A stretch of DNA of 64,000 bases, taken from Takakia lepidozioides. Lineage: Eukaryota > Plantae > Bryophyta. Where the stretch lies: positions 21,514,001 to 21,578,000 of the forward strand of contig CM060732.1 of assembly GCA_030704615.1 (NCBI GenBank). Reading direction: 5' to 3'. The position numbers and the translations under genes are program-made. Below are positions 51,501-64,000 of this stretch, in pieces. The notes under the pieces were generated by a model. That model saw only the letters and a program-made list of their open reading frames with translations. It did no database searches and was not told the DNA's origin. Position 1 is the first letter of the stretch; each line of letters begins with the position of its first letter.

Positions 51501-54148
51501 AATACCTTCCCATCAACTCACAGTTACTCTGCCAGAGGAGGGAAATGATGGTTTGTCCAAACCCGACATACTGGACAAATCCTACTCTTCCAAGGCAAAC
51601 CATCCCATCTGTTAGTCTCAATCCAGGATGGTGTAAACTGACTGTGAAACCAGAAGAACACATAGAAAGAGAGAGAGAGATGGAAAAAGAGAGAGTACTC
51701 TATCCATCTTATGTTGTAAAATGAGGTCATCTACAAACAGCTGTTTCCAGCGGAAGAAGAACCAGGTCACCACCGCAAACAGTCCAATGGCTCGCAACTT
51801 GATGATCACATCATGCTCCATAAGTTGTTCCATGTGGAAAAAAGTTGCCAGTGACCGTACACTGTTCCCTCCACAGTACCCACTTAACCAGGTCTGCATC
51901 TGCAATTGATTAATGTGTTGATTTTATGTGCTACAGATGGGATGATCTGTGGAAACAAGCAACTTGGATAGCTATTAGTAATCACTTCAAGCTCCAATAT
52001 CTGTGGCTTGACTGTGCTACTAGAAAGAACACTTGCTTGTCCCAAAATTCAATGCACATGAACTGTGATTTTTTGGTTCCAAACTTCAAATTTTTCTTAT
52101 GGAAACTTAACACCCAGTGGAGCTTCTTGAACCCTGAGTGCTTGCAAGCAAGAATTCTTCTAAGTTACATCAGACAAATCAACCTACCTGCCTGATCGAG
52201 TTGCAAAATTAAGTCTTAAAACTGGACCCCAAAGTAGGCCTTCCTTGTGCATCTGAACACAATGGCAATATACGGACTACAGGCATACTAAATGTGGTAC
52301 AAGCAGAATCAAGTCAAAAGTACGGATCCTGCTGTATCACTTGAGCAAATGCAGGATGCCCCAACCCCAAGCAGACTATGTTAGTTTAAGCAAGGAAGTG
52401 CCGAGATTCACTCACGAGTGCTCATCATAAACCATCGAACCCGCTTCAGACTGAATCCCTTCATACTTCCGGTTTCATGTTAATACCCTCAACTACTGTG
52501 GGCAGGCATTTGTTTTCAAAGTACATGAAACACAGTTGTTGTCATTCTCACCCAGGTCTGTCTTACTGAGGACTCCCATGTGGGAGGAAACAAGAGTGGG
52601 AATCCCACAGGGGTTTGTCCCAACTGAACCAGGTCAATGAAATCCAGGCTAGCTAGCCTTCATTCACAAAGCAAAAATAGCCATTCTTGTAACAAAGCTT
52701 CAATGCACTCACAAATGTGTGATTGCCCAAACCACAATGAGCACTTGGATTGGATATTCGGCAGCTTGCCACACCGAACGATCATAATCAGCATCCTCCT
52801 TCTCCTGCGCTCCTCTTGAGTTGGCTGTATAGATCCTGGACGCCATTCAAACATTGTCTCAAATTTAGTTCCGGCCCGCAGCCAGACATACTTTCTCTTT
52901 GAGCTTCCCATCTTTGAATCTGCCGGGAAGAAAACTAACAGCTGCTTGAAGACATAAGTTACAAGGGCAGTACCGGTATAGCCATCGACAAATATTATTG
53001 CCTCGGTTGTATAAGAAGTAGAATGCTCCAAACACCATAAACTCCCGCAACATCGATATGGCCTGTTTGCATATGCTTGTGAGAAGAACGGATGACCACA
53101 AAATATGAATCCCAGGAAGTAGGAGGAATGACAGAAAAGGGACACATCTGACAGGTCTACAGGGGCAGGGAAAGGGGGTGATTGCAGCTCTTATCAAGAA
53201 AAACTTAATGAACTTACAATTTCCTCACTGCCATGCAGGTATGAGTGAATCTCCACAGGTAACCAATTGAGTGGGTCAAAATTGGTAGGAAAATGTGGAC
53301 TGAAGGCTCCTTTCAACCGCTGGAACAAGAAGCAGCTAAAACAATCCAGACCACGGTCCAAGAGAACTGTGATCGAAGTAGAGCTCCCCCCAGACATAGC
53401 CATTACGAGGCCTGGACAAGTAGAGTGGCTTCTGCGCTTCCGCATCTGGCATGGTGGGAATCCGGAGTTGCTGAGCCATGCAGTCGTGGACTTCTCACCT
53501 GCAGACCCGGGAGAACGCTGTCCCAAAAGTAGTGTGAGTTGAGATGCAGTTGGATTTTGCAGATTAATGTCGTTTATGAAACATTTAAAAGCTGGTCTGA
53601 GTGCCTCTAAGTTTTCATGGCAACAACTTCCGGATATCCCCTGAAATACGTCTGGATGGGTTCGTCTCGATGGGGTGCAATTAGTACCAATTTTGAGACA
53701 ATTTACTCAGCGACCAGGGAAAAATCCACAGGCCTTAACTAATAAAGCGGTGCGGCAGTTTGTCCATGCTTTCTCCAGATCAGTTTGTGCTCAACAAATT
53801 GACAGAGGGTAGCCTTCTTGTGCATTGCCTACTACCTAACATGCAAGCAGCTAGCCTCCCTTTCTCGATAAGCCAGTTTTCGTAGGTACAAATACCCATT
53901 TCTCATACACCTGAAGTAAGGAACTTTACTAAGGAAAATTTGCCTTTACACCTTCCACCGATATTCCTCTCTCAATTCCGCCATATACCCAGAAGCCGCA
54001 AAGTCCTCACTCTGACTTGAAGAGTTGCCAGCTCAGAAGACGACACGGCGTGCCGGCAGCTGCTCGTTGGTCTCCAAACCCAATTGCGCATATTGGTGAA
54101 GCCACCATGGCTGAGCTGGGGTATCATACCTGCGTGTAGCACCGCCAT
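48599..54148 (-). CDS. MSL1-like: MscS-like mechanosensitive channel (MSL1-type, probably organellar), multi-exon
   Basis: GT-AG exons 48599-48778, 49318-49539, 49836-49940, 50519-50619, 50785-50905 and ~51699-51895 join in frame: WFFFRWK..ARIMGVDKVVS..SLLAVGGISGLAVGLAAREVASNFFGG..RPFVIGDSIKAGSFSGSVQDIGFMQT..VPNQAFTNQIITNYSRA; 5' exons (52.9-54.2 kb) and start are tentative. Confidence 0.85.
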
Positions 54149-54985
54149 TCCAGCCCACACCGAGAACAGGAGGGAACACACGCGCACACGATTCGATGCC
54201 AAACGGGTCTGGATCAGCTAGGGTGGGCTCAATCCACCATAGCTCCCAGATACAGGCCTGGGCAGTGCCTTCATAACCAGCACACACAGGGATCCACCTA
54301 TGACGAATCACCGGACAAGGCACTACAAATGCTACTAAACCCAGCTACCAATGTAACCCACCACCACCTTCTGCAGGTAAGATAGGATCCCCTATCCCCA
54401 ATCCCTTGTTCCAGACTACCAATTTTCCTTTTCACAATGCCAGCTTACGGAGTCAAGAGCTTAGTATCCTACAAGTAAGTAATCCGTGGAAAAAATGAAC
54501 ATTTAGACAAGCTTAACACACTAACAGTTAGGGAGGTTGTATTAAGCACATTAACATTTACAAAATGACACTTACACAGCATCCAATTTTTTTACACGAA
54601 CAGTTGGAGTCATAATCTCAATACCATACACTTGCAAAACATTCTACGCACGCACAACCACATAGGCGATCCTCTCTCTAAAAAACAACCTCCATCTCAA
54701 GTCTAGAAGGCTAAATATATATTTCGTTATATTATATTAGCTTCTAAACACATTAGTATTACCTTGGAGGAGTTGGAGGGGTTTTCCATGGGTCGTCTTG
54801 GTATAACAAGTACATTTGGACTAAGATGAATCTGTATTTATTGATTATCCGTTTTGAACATGTATTGGGACAAAATAGAGACAATTGAAGATTTTTTTAA
54901 GGGGAGAAGAAGGATGGTCTTTATAAAATATGGTGGACCCTTACATGGATATTTGGTTTGAAACGTTTACAGGTGTATGATTCGA

Positions 54986-55808
54986 CTATGTTTCCTCTGG
55001 TGCTTTGGCCAACAATTTGACCCCTTTTAATGAAAGTCCGTGTTTTTTGTGACGGAAATTCATCCAATATTGGATGTTGCACTTCACGGCAACGAGATCC
55101 CCTGAACGTACGGATTCTCCATTCATTTTCTTCCCATTTTCCTTAAGGACTTCTATTGTATTGTACATTTCGTCGTCGTTTGTTTTTTGCCGTTTATTGT
55201 TATTAGACGTCGAGCCAGAGTTGTTCGCGTTAGTTTTTTGGAGCTTTTTCGTAAAGCTCATGTTATTTCCCCCCATCCAAAAGGTGGACGCGATGCCAAA
55301 GCAAGTATAACTTATAGTGTCACTTGACCCAGAAAAGCTACTGCCTTCCGGTAGGAAGGTGGACACCTTTGTAACAACCAACAGGGTGGATTGAACCCAC
55401 AACCACTCGTAAGAGGATATATGCCCTTACCACTAGGCTACTTGTCCCCCTATCCACGTCATATCCTCGCCTCTCCTCCTCTAGTAATCGGGCCATTCCG
55501 TAATTTTATTTGCATAGTCGAACAAGAAATGGCTGACTTCTATCAATATTGCGTCCTTCAGTTCTTCGGCGAAGGTCACGAATGTGTAATTCCCGGTTTT
55601 GCCAAGGTAGGAAAATTTTGCAATACCTACGAAAATTACTATTTTCTCACGGTCCGAAGGGTCGTTCCACAAGGTGCTATGGAAGTTTGAATTGTAGGCG
55701 CTTCCATGTGTTCCCCACCTTTAAGACATGATGGTCATTGGACGTGAAACTGTCGTATATCGTGTCCGTTATGTCTTGGTGGGTTATTTCTTGAATTTGT
55801 TGATCCAT
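54986..55808 (-). pseudogene. Intronless disrupted ORF resembling a gp2.5/Enc34-type OB-fold ssDNA-binding protein
   Basis: MDQQIQEITH..(frameshift)..IVIFVGIAKFSYLG..(SINE)..IEVLKENGKKMNGESVRSGDLVAVKCNIQYW..KHGLSLKGVKLL; family assignment by pattern recognition only. Confidence 0.35.
55306..55446 (-). mobile_element. tRNA-derived SINE-like element, copy 2
   Basis: gtagcctagtggtaagggc..gtggttgtgggttcaatccacc..acaaaggtgtccaccttcc..ggaaggcagta; aligns with 1387-1530. Confidence 0.72.
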
Positions 55809-58800
55809 TACAATGTCTATGGTGTCGACTAGCACAGAGAGAGAGAGAGAGAGAGGCAGATGAAAGTATATATCGGTGGGATTTTGAACAATTTCCCCCC
55901 GCTTTTGTGGGTCAAGAATCTTCACTATGTCGTCAAAGGTAACCTATACATCGCAACAAAAACTTTGTCAACTTTGAGATGAAGACGCCAAACCTAAATA
56001 ACATGACACCATCTAACTTGACATCTATAGATCCTAACCTTAGCACTGTAGCTTACAAATCTGACCAGAGCACAACCCTTACCCCTGCTACAAAACTCCG
56101 AACCTCAACGTGACCATGCATGCATGCATGTTGGATGCTCGATAGACACAACTTCCTCGCCAAACACGTAATCTCTCCCAAAAGTGAGGGAAGGAGTGAG
56201 GGTGGGGATCTTTCAGTGACAGTCCCCTGCAGGGTGCTTGTAGGTATACCATACTTCCTGCTATTATTCTGTTTACGAGCCTCCATTGCCTCAGTCACAA
56301 CTGGACTTGATTAGGCTGTCATCTTCTTGCACCTAATATCTATAATTCTTGGTCTTCATTGTAACAAAGACTCTGTTTGCCTAGGCTAAGTCCTAACAGA
56401 ATAGGGTAGAATAGATTTTGAAGGATCTGAATCTAAGTCGCAGGTCTTGACCCTGCTAGAGAAATCTAACTCGAAGGCTGTAGTTCCAAAGCCATGTCTG
56501 TTGCCAAGAAATTGTCTAATAAAATTGAGTACATTCTGTGTTTTGTCCAAACAACCAGTGACCAGCAACTAACTCTCATTTACTCAACATGACACTATAA
56601 GTCTGCTAGTCACAGCACCCTAAGACCCATGGAGGTAATGAATTAGACATTAAAAGACTTCAGGCAGAATTATAACCATAGGCATCAGCAGATAGCATAG
56701 CAGATCCAGAACAAGAAGTTTGCAAAAAATAGAAGAACTTACAGTGGCTACAGCAGGCCTCCCTTGATGAAACACAGCTATAGACCTATGAGTAAAATTT
56801 GTTGTTTCATCTGCACTAGCAACAAAACCATGAATGAGGTCCATTAAGTATTTGACAACTTAGAATCAACACAAAGGGGGTCAACATAAGCGAAGACATT
56901 TTACAAACAGCCTATTCAGGCTATGATTCGAGCAGGCTTCTGTCAAACGCCGATACCACATGCTAATTCAGGATGGAAACCTGGAGTCCAAATTGAGTCT
57001 AGGGTGCAGGACCCAACATAGAGCAGACATAGAAGGCCAGACCGAGGATACCAACATGCTGAAGATCCAAATGGTGGTAGTGAGATGAGGAGAGGTGGAC
57101 CAAAGAGGTTCCAGGATGCGCGCACCTAACTCCCAAACTGGCCACCGGGCCAATTCGGAGCTTCGGTTGCTCACCGGGGCATAACGGTCCCCTTGCTCCT
57201 CCACGAGCCCCTCGAGCTAATCGGGCCTAGTGGAAATTCCCTTTGGTTATTGGCAGTCCGGAATAGCTCCCCACACGTTGGTCGCTTTCCGGCTCGTTTG
57301 CTTATTCACTAGCTTTTGGTCACCAACGGGCTTGCACCGTTCATGTCCACTATTAACGAATATTGTGTTTTTCTAATTCTAGTCAATACATATTTCTTAT
57401 TTACTAAAACAATTCCTAATTTAAAATTTCCTTCATTAATATTTGTACTATTTAGTGTCCCATGAGTGAGAATTTCGGAACAAATGAATATTGCAGCAGC
57501 TTCAGTTGTCTCAAACTTACAAAAAGAAAAATAACCCTTCTATTGGTGAGCCTCGTTTTGCCCAATATATAACTGAAGAACTGTCATGGGATGTATTCAC
57601 ATGGGAAGGAAACTCTGTTGATTTCGTCATGTGCAATTGATGCACTAAAACTTTGCATCTTTTTTAACCAATCTTGACGTAATCTACTGATTTGATTTGG
57701 GCCTCAAATAAATTAGAAACAAATAAAGGAAACTTTGTCCGAATCCTTTTTCATATCTTACTTGTAATACTATCGCCAAGTTCACGGAAAAACAACTCTT
57801 ATATAGTTGTAGTTTTTATTGCTTCTATATCTACTCGTATTACCTTGTGTGCTCATAGTTGCAGCATAACCATTACTCTTCGATTTTCAACTTCAATATA
57901 GGAGAGGCAGTAGTGAACAGGGACCCCAGGTAAAGCAGGATGGGGCCACTACCCATTGGTGAACGCCGGCTCTAGTAGTGGAGTCACAGTCTCCCGTACA
58001 AAGAGCAGATTGTCAGCTGCTCAGAGGCATGGACTATAAGCTATTGCCATCTCGAACTGCCCCCCACTTGCCTCACAATGCATCTGCCACACACCATAAC
58101 TCTCATGTCACTGATCCAAATTGGAGCACAAAAAGCATATCATCTCTCATATTAATAGAAGTGTGACCTTCTTCAAGATGCTCCAAACTTTGAACAACAC
58201 AGTTCTGATCATAGTAAATCATTGCCACTCAAAATCAAAAGAAGTGATACAATAGTTGGAAAAAAATGTACAAATATAATGTTTCAACGTTGCACTTGTC
58301 TCACTATGCAACCAATATGGAGGGATTGCAACTTTGTCATTTTTTGGGGACATTGCTATATACCACATTGATCTCCATGGTATCAAGTAATCCAAACTAT
58401 TGGAGCTAAGACTTTGCAACCATAGAACCATTCGAAACTATACATTTTATAACCACATAATCTGCATCTTTTAAAAGCTGTTGTTCAGACTTTGTATATG
58501 AAATAACATCTTTGAATTGTTCAATAGAACAAGTCTCTACATCGCATACTAATATACCTTAGCCAAATCTTTGTGTAAAGTTTGAACAAGGGTGGTTATA
58601 TCTCTTTTTGACAGTCATCTCTCCTCCTGATGTATCAAATTGCTTAATCAAAAACATGTTTTTCTTTAACCCAAGAGCATGTAAGACCTTTGGATCTTAC
58701 CTCGTCTCTCCATTTAGAATCAAGATACCTCTCTGTGACCCTCAATTTTATGACTTATATTATCATCCAAATAAACTACCTGTCCGTCCTAACATGATTG

Positions 58801-58809
58801 ATAGTTTCT

Positions 58810-59761
58810 GAATGAGCCTATGTCATAGGCCACATATTGTGTAGCCCCGGTATTTATATACCAACTTGGATATTTATCAACTGATGTAGACACTGCAGTG
58901 ACCACATATAGCTTATTATCTGTTACTGCTATGTTTATCTGTTTGGCTATAGCTGCTTATTTCTCTAATCTTTTTCTGCAATCTTTAATCATATGACCCA
59001 CTTCAACTTGCTTCTTTTTGCCAGAATTGTTATTATCACTGGTTTTATTTACATTGTCAGCACTGTCTTTAGAAAATGTTAGACTGGTATGTTTTCTTAT
59101 TCTTAAACCAAAACTTGTTTCCTACGAACAAAGCAATATACGATTCAAAAGGTGTTTCTAAGTTCTTCATCAGAACTTCTTCGTGTAGTAGGTGTGCTAC
59201 TAATGATTGGAGAGAGAGTCCAGGTTGCCTGCGTAACGAACTAATGAATATTTTGTAACTCATAGGCATATTGCGATTAGCGAAAGAATAGCATCCTCAT
59301 TACTCACTATTGTCCCCGACGTAGACAATTATCTAACAAACGTCTAAAGCCATGAATGTGTTTTGTGACATTTTTTCCTTTTCTCATCTTTAATGTCTGT
59401 AGTTTATCCTTAAGAAACATTTAGTTACGCACCCGTGGGAGTCAAAAAGCCTCTTCGGCTCTTTCCATGCTGCATGAGAAGACCCACATGACTGGACATG
59501 AGACACTGTGCTTTTTCTAAGCAGTTGTTGATTATGGAGAGGCAAAGGACATCCTTTCTTCCCAATTGGTCGACATTACCAAGCCCAGTACCTGGTAGAG
59601 CTGCAGCGCTTGCGGCCGCAACAGGTTTTACCTCTTGATCATTTACTAATAACCATAATTTTTTTGCTTTGAATAACGTCATTCTATGTTTCCAAATAAT
59701 GAAATATGTCCCATCAAACTTTGGTATGTTTTTTAGATCAATTGTCTTGGCTTGCGTCATT
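58810..59761 (-). mobile_element. Decayed copia gag-protease fragment
   Basis: IPKFDGTYFIIWKHRM..LWLLVN; MPMSYKIFISSL..LLHEE; WYINTGAT. Confidence 0.85.
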
Positions 59762-62179
59762 GACCTAGTCACCCAAAGTTGCACACTTAGGAATGGGGCA
59801 ATGTAAAATATTAGGATTTTTTTATGGAATTAATTGAGTAGCCCATTTTTAAAACTTTAGATGAGGTATCGATACATATATTGAACGATATTGTGAGTAT
59901 AGAGACAATAGTTGAGCTCTTTACGATATCTGTTGACACATTATGACTCAATACTAGTTGAGACTAGGGATGAAGTTTTAGGATGAATAGACATTGTTAC
60001 AAGTAGTTACGGTGGTTATTCAACTAAGACAAATATAAATAGACTGCGATTGAAATAATTGATGTTAGATAAGCCAGAGAGGACCTGCATGTGGTGTATG
60101 GGTGGAACAGTGCCCGAACAGTGTATGTGTAGTGTAGAGAAAGAGACGGAAGTTAGGAGCTATATAAGATACACATCGAAGATAGATTAGTTCTACAATT
60201 TGTGTTATTTGAAAAGTTTTGAAGAAATGGAAGAAAAGAAGGAGAAGAAAATTATGTTTTATGATGAAGAGAATTAGAAAAAGAGATGAATGAATGGAGA
60301 AGCAATAAAGCAATATGCTTTGATCTTTTTAAGTTGTAATTTGTCAAGTTCTGATGTTTTCGTGAGATAGAGACAACGAGCATTGAAAAAAGGGATAATA
60401 ATGTCACCTAGGAATTAATTATTGGCTTGCCGAATAATGTAATTAGAATCATATTTAAAAGATAAAGATGTAATGATTTAGAGATATTTCAATTGGAGTT
60501 AGTTAGTAAGGGATAGTATAAGGAATTATCTGAGTTATACATAATTTGTTATTGGAAGCATAATGGGGAAGTGATATGGAATAGACCATTTGATGGCTAT
60601 ATAGAATTATTCAATGACAAGAATAAGAGTTTTGGAGAAGAATGGATGCATGATTGTCTGGGTTGGAATAGTAAAAAAGGGTGGAATATAACTAATGTAA
60701 GTAATTATAATATGAGAATGATCATTATAATCTAGATGTTTCACTACTTGATAGTGATTTCCCCTATGAATGAACCTTATCAATTGATTAGTTGTTGTCC
60801 ATCCACCAGTCTAGACAACACCCTTTAAAAAATGTAGTTGCAAATCGGACCATTTGCTCCCTCTCAGCCATATTTCATGAGATATGGCATATTGCTCAAT
60901 GGAAAATAATCATAATTAACAAGCATTTCTATTATGTTTTCCCTAGAGCTCTGATGATGTATTTGGTTTGAAAGCTTTCACGTTTTCTTTAACATCATTT
61001 CCAGAAGCCTCTGCTCCTCTTCCAAACATACATTGGAATATGGAGGGTGATTTACCTTTATTCTTTAACGCATTGAGTTCTTTGCATAAATCCTCTATAT
61101 CGGATTTCAAGTCTGTTATGCCCGTTTCCTCTGTCATTTTTCTTCTAAGGATAAGGCTAATGCATTTTTTACTTCTTCTCAAGACTTGTGTAGAATAATG
61201 GGATTAATAGTCTATTTTCTTTTGAGTATAGATATCAAGTTTTCGATGGATGTAATGACAAATACTCTTAGTTTGGATGTAAATCATTCTTGTTGAATAC
61301 ATATTATCAATATATCTTGAATGAGGAAATTGTAGTTATTGGATGGATAGAAATAATTAAATGGATGATATAGTATTGGATGGATAAAGTTTGTTACGGT
61401 AGTTATGCCGGTTAAAATAGGAAGTGTAAAAGGTGAAGGTTCAGCTGAATCATTGTCATTTGAGCGAGAGTGCCGAGGCCCTAGCACAAAGCTGCTAGCT
61501 TGTCGTTTCCAGTTCTTAGCAATAGTTCCAGAGACCTAAGAGAGAAGGCTTTGTTTTATTCAATGATGTTTGAAGGAGAGAGACGTAAAATAATTACTTT
61601 TATAAAAATTGAAGTGAATTCTATTATGTGGATTTGATTGATCGACACTACAAAATCAATGAAGAGATGTTTCCTGTTTCAAATGAGCAATATTGAGAGC
61701 TATGAAGTAGATGTTATGGGATAAGTGTTTTCAATTGGGATTGAAATTATAGAATGTGACGTTTTTTTTACTGAATACTTACTGGGACCAATTGATCATG
61801 ACATAGCTGTTCTTTTGGGTTGTTTGTGTGCTTCCCCCTGTGAACAAATCTGTAATGTTAATTGGATTTATGAACCTAAGTCTAAATTAAATACTATTCT
61901 ATATTTTTTTGGCGCCTCTACCCGGGAAGACCAAACAATAAGCTAGGATCACGTCCCGGTTAGTTGAGAGTGATGTTATCATTGTGAGAATAATTGGAAT
62001 GATAGGAAAAATGGAAGAGAGAAAGTCCGCCAGGTTATAATGCCAATTGAATAGGCTAATTGATTATTGACTGGGTTAATTTAGAACGTTATAGTAGCAG
62101 TGAAAGAAATGTTGGATTGAAGGAGAAGTGATATTCTAGTTGCAGATATGGATGATTATGAGGCTGCAGTGTTAGAAGC

Positions 62180-62967
62180 TCGTGAGGTTAGGGTCACAAC
62201 GCTCAACTTCAGGATATGTTTTTCTTCTTGTCCGGGGTGCAGTTTCCTGGCAAAGTTGGAAACAACCCACTGTGGCTTTATCCTCCCCAGAGTCTGAATA
62301 CATTGTTGTTGCCTCTGCTGCTTATAAAGAATCTCTTTGGCTTCGGCAATTATCTCTAAGATAGGTTTTATGTAGTTTGGCAGCACCCAACTGTATTGTG
62401 ATAACCAGTCATGCATTGCTCTCACAAAAAACCCGCGGTGTCATGACCGATCTCAACATTTTGAACTTCGATATCATTTCCTTCGTGAAAAAATCAAAGC
62501 TCATGAACTTGGACTTCTTTACACCCCACTGAACTTATATGGGCCAATACCTTTACTACATCATTGCCTAAGCTCAAGCATTCAACATTCTGCCTTGCTC
62601 TAGGGTTATATGGCTTTTGATTTCGGTTCAACAACATCCATCGGTATTGTATTTTGTTGAAGGGGAAGTCATGGAGATATCAAGGTGATATAAAGTCACC
62701 AACTACCAGTTCCTTCAGCTCCTGAAAGGGAGAGTATTGATGTGTTATCACACACGTCAGCAACATCGACCTCGATCATTCTATCTATCTGGATGAAACT
62801 CTTCATATCAAGAGTTTTAATTCTAGTAGTTGTTAATGATTGGTAGTTGGATAGTTGTAACCATTGATCGTCTCATTGAAGGGCCTTAATGCGTTTTCAC
62901 CGTTCATAACTAATTGTTGTTATAAACTTACACAACAGTTTTGGAGTATCTCTCTCTATTTTCTACA
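62180..62967 (+). mobile_element. Copia 3' end: RNase H, PPT and LTR
   Basis: RSTSGYVF..VALSSPESEY..YCDNQSCIAL..ELRYHFLREK; PPT aaagggagag then tattga at ~62735; LTR end approximate. Confidence 0.82.
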
Positions 62968-63194
62968 AGATTTGGGTGGAAGGAGCTTGTTAAATAAAAT
63001 GATGTGTTGGATCACTTGTTGTGGTTCTTGTGTATAGAATCAGCTGTTCAAGGTTGATATGGTTGTGTTTTTGTGTGTCATAGGGCAACCATTTGTTTCA
63101 TTATCTTTCTTGTGATATTTGCACTTTTGTAGGGCCTCCCATGGCACTTGTAATAGGGACGTTTGACATCGCTGGTGTGTGAATATTTGTCCAG

Positions 63195-63289
63195 CTCACA
63201 TTCAAAACAGTTTCAGGGGAACAACATAAGGCTAGGGCCTCCTGGAGATAGTTATTATGAGCACCTTCTCAAAGTGTGGCTACAGCAAG
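63195..63289 (+). pseudogene. Isolated exon of a GH47 class I alpha-1,2-mannosidase (MNS3-like)
   Basis: AG/GT-bounded; SHSKQFQGNNIRLGPPGDSYYEHLLKVWLQQG resembles the plant MNS3 motif NIRLGSRGDSYYEYLIKVWLQQ; no adjacent exons recognised. Confidence 0.7.
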
Positions 63290-64000
63290 GTGTACACCCC
63301 TTGTCTCCCACTAGAGAGACCTGTTACACTGGTAGTGATTTTGATTGTACAAAAACTACATGATAGAGTGAAACTGAAGCAAATCTTGTAACGTGGAAAC
63401 TTTGCCAATTGTAGGCATACACAACGCTAGTGGGATCAGGCCCCTACTCAACAAAGCTTTTTGGACAGCTGGGTGAGGACTCATGTGATGAGTATGGCAC
63501 CTTAACATGAAGTCCATGGCGATATGGATGGCCGAATATTGTTGCCCTGAAGTTTGCATATGTGATAAATGGGTTCACGATTTTAGTGATGCTCATACGG
63601 TAGACTTTCAGAACAGTTGGTTGCTTCTTTCTCCTTTGGTTGGGTAGAAGTTCTTGACCTTTTGTCTCCTAGTTTGGTTGGCAGGTGGATCACACCATCA
63701 CTAGCACTATCAGCCTCATTGAGGGTGTCGTTCCTCAGTTCATAAAAGAGATGTCCTACTAGGCGTATGATGTGGTGATACCGCAGTTAATTACTACCAA
63801 AAGTATGAGCATACATTAGCTGAGAAAGTGTCTTACAATATTTGGCAAAAGTTTCTTAGTGAACTCCATATGTTCTTCAGGTTGTGAACTTTGTCACCCC
63901 TACCGCAATTTATGGTGCACTCAACAGCTCAATTGTAGCACAACTGTATTGAAGGATAATTATTTTCCCCCGGCTGGTTATCCTTTTGATGCCAGTTGAG

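Noticed and set aside
56050-58600. Possible gene exons (short minus-strand ORFs with splice-like ends)
   Set aside because: No recognisable family and no consistent exon chain could be built
63230-63270. C-to-U editing sites explaining P/H substitutions in the GH47 exon
   Set aside because: PPR-mediated editing acts on organellar transcripts; ordinary mutation is simpler

Overview
Eukaryotic, repeat-dense nuclear DNA from a land plant. PLS-class PPR motifs plus Dualen-like and PHD-bearing Gypsy retroelements suggest a non-seed plant (inference). The window is mostly nested, decayed retroelements: several Ty1/copia copies (one near-complete, 12624-17771, TSD CCGAC), Gypsy pol fragments, and a Dualen/RandI-like LINE in three pieces. 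Inside that LINE sits an 8.6 kb Gypsy-type element (21610-30200) carrying a DNMT3-type cytosine methyltransferase and a PHD-finger integrase. Its termini are A...B-A-B split direct repeats instead of two ordinary LTRs. A ~13.6 kb inversion (~5700-19350) split both a copia element (inverted TSD GTGGC/GCCAC) and the LINE. Two tRNA-derived SINE-like copies share a conserved three-way-junction RNA fold with the LINE 3' UTR. Host-type genes: one multi-exon MscS-like (MSL1-type) channel gene, rearranged PPR ORFs and an orphan GH47 mannosidase exon. Also present: a piggyBac-like TTAA MITE and a disrupted ORF resembling a phage/virus-type ssDNA-binding protein. All calls are by eye; no database searches were run.
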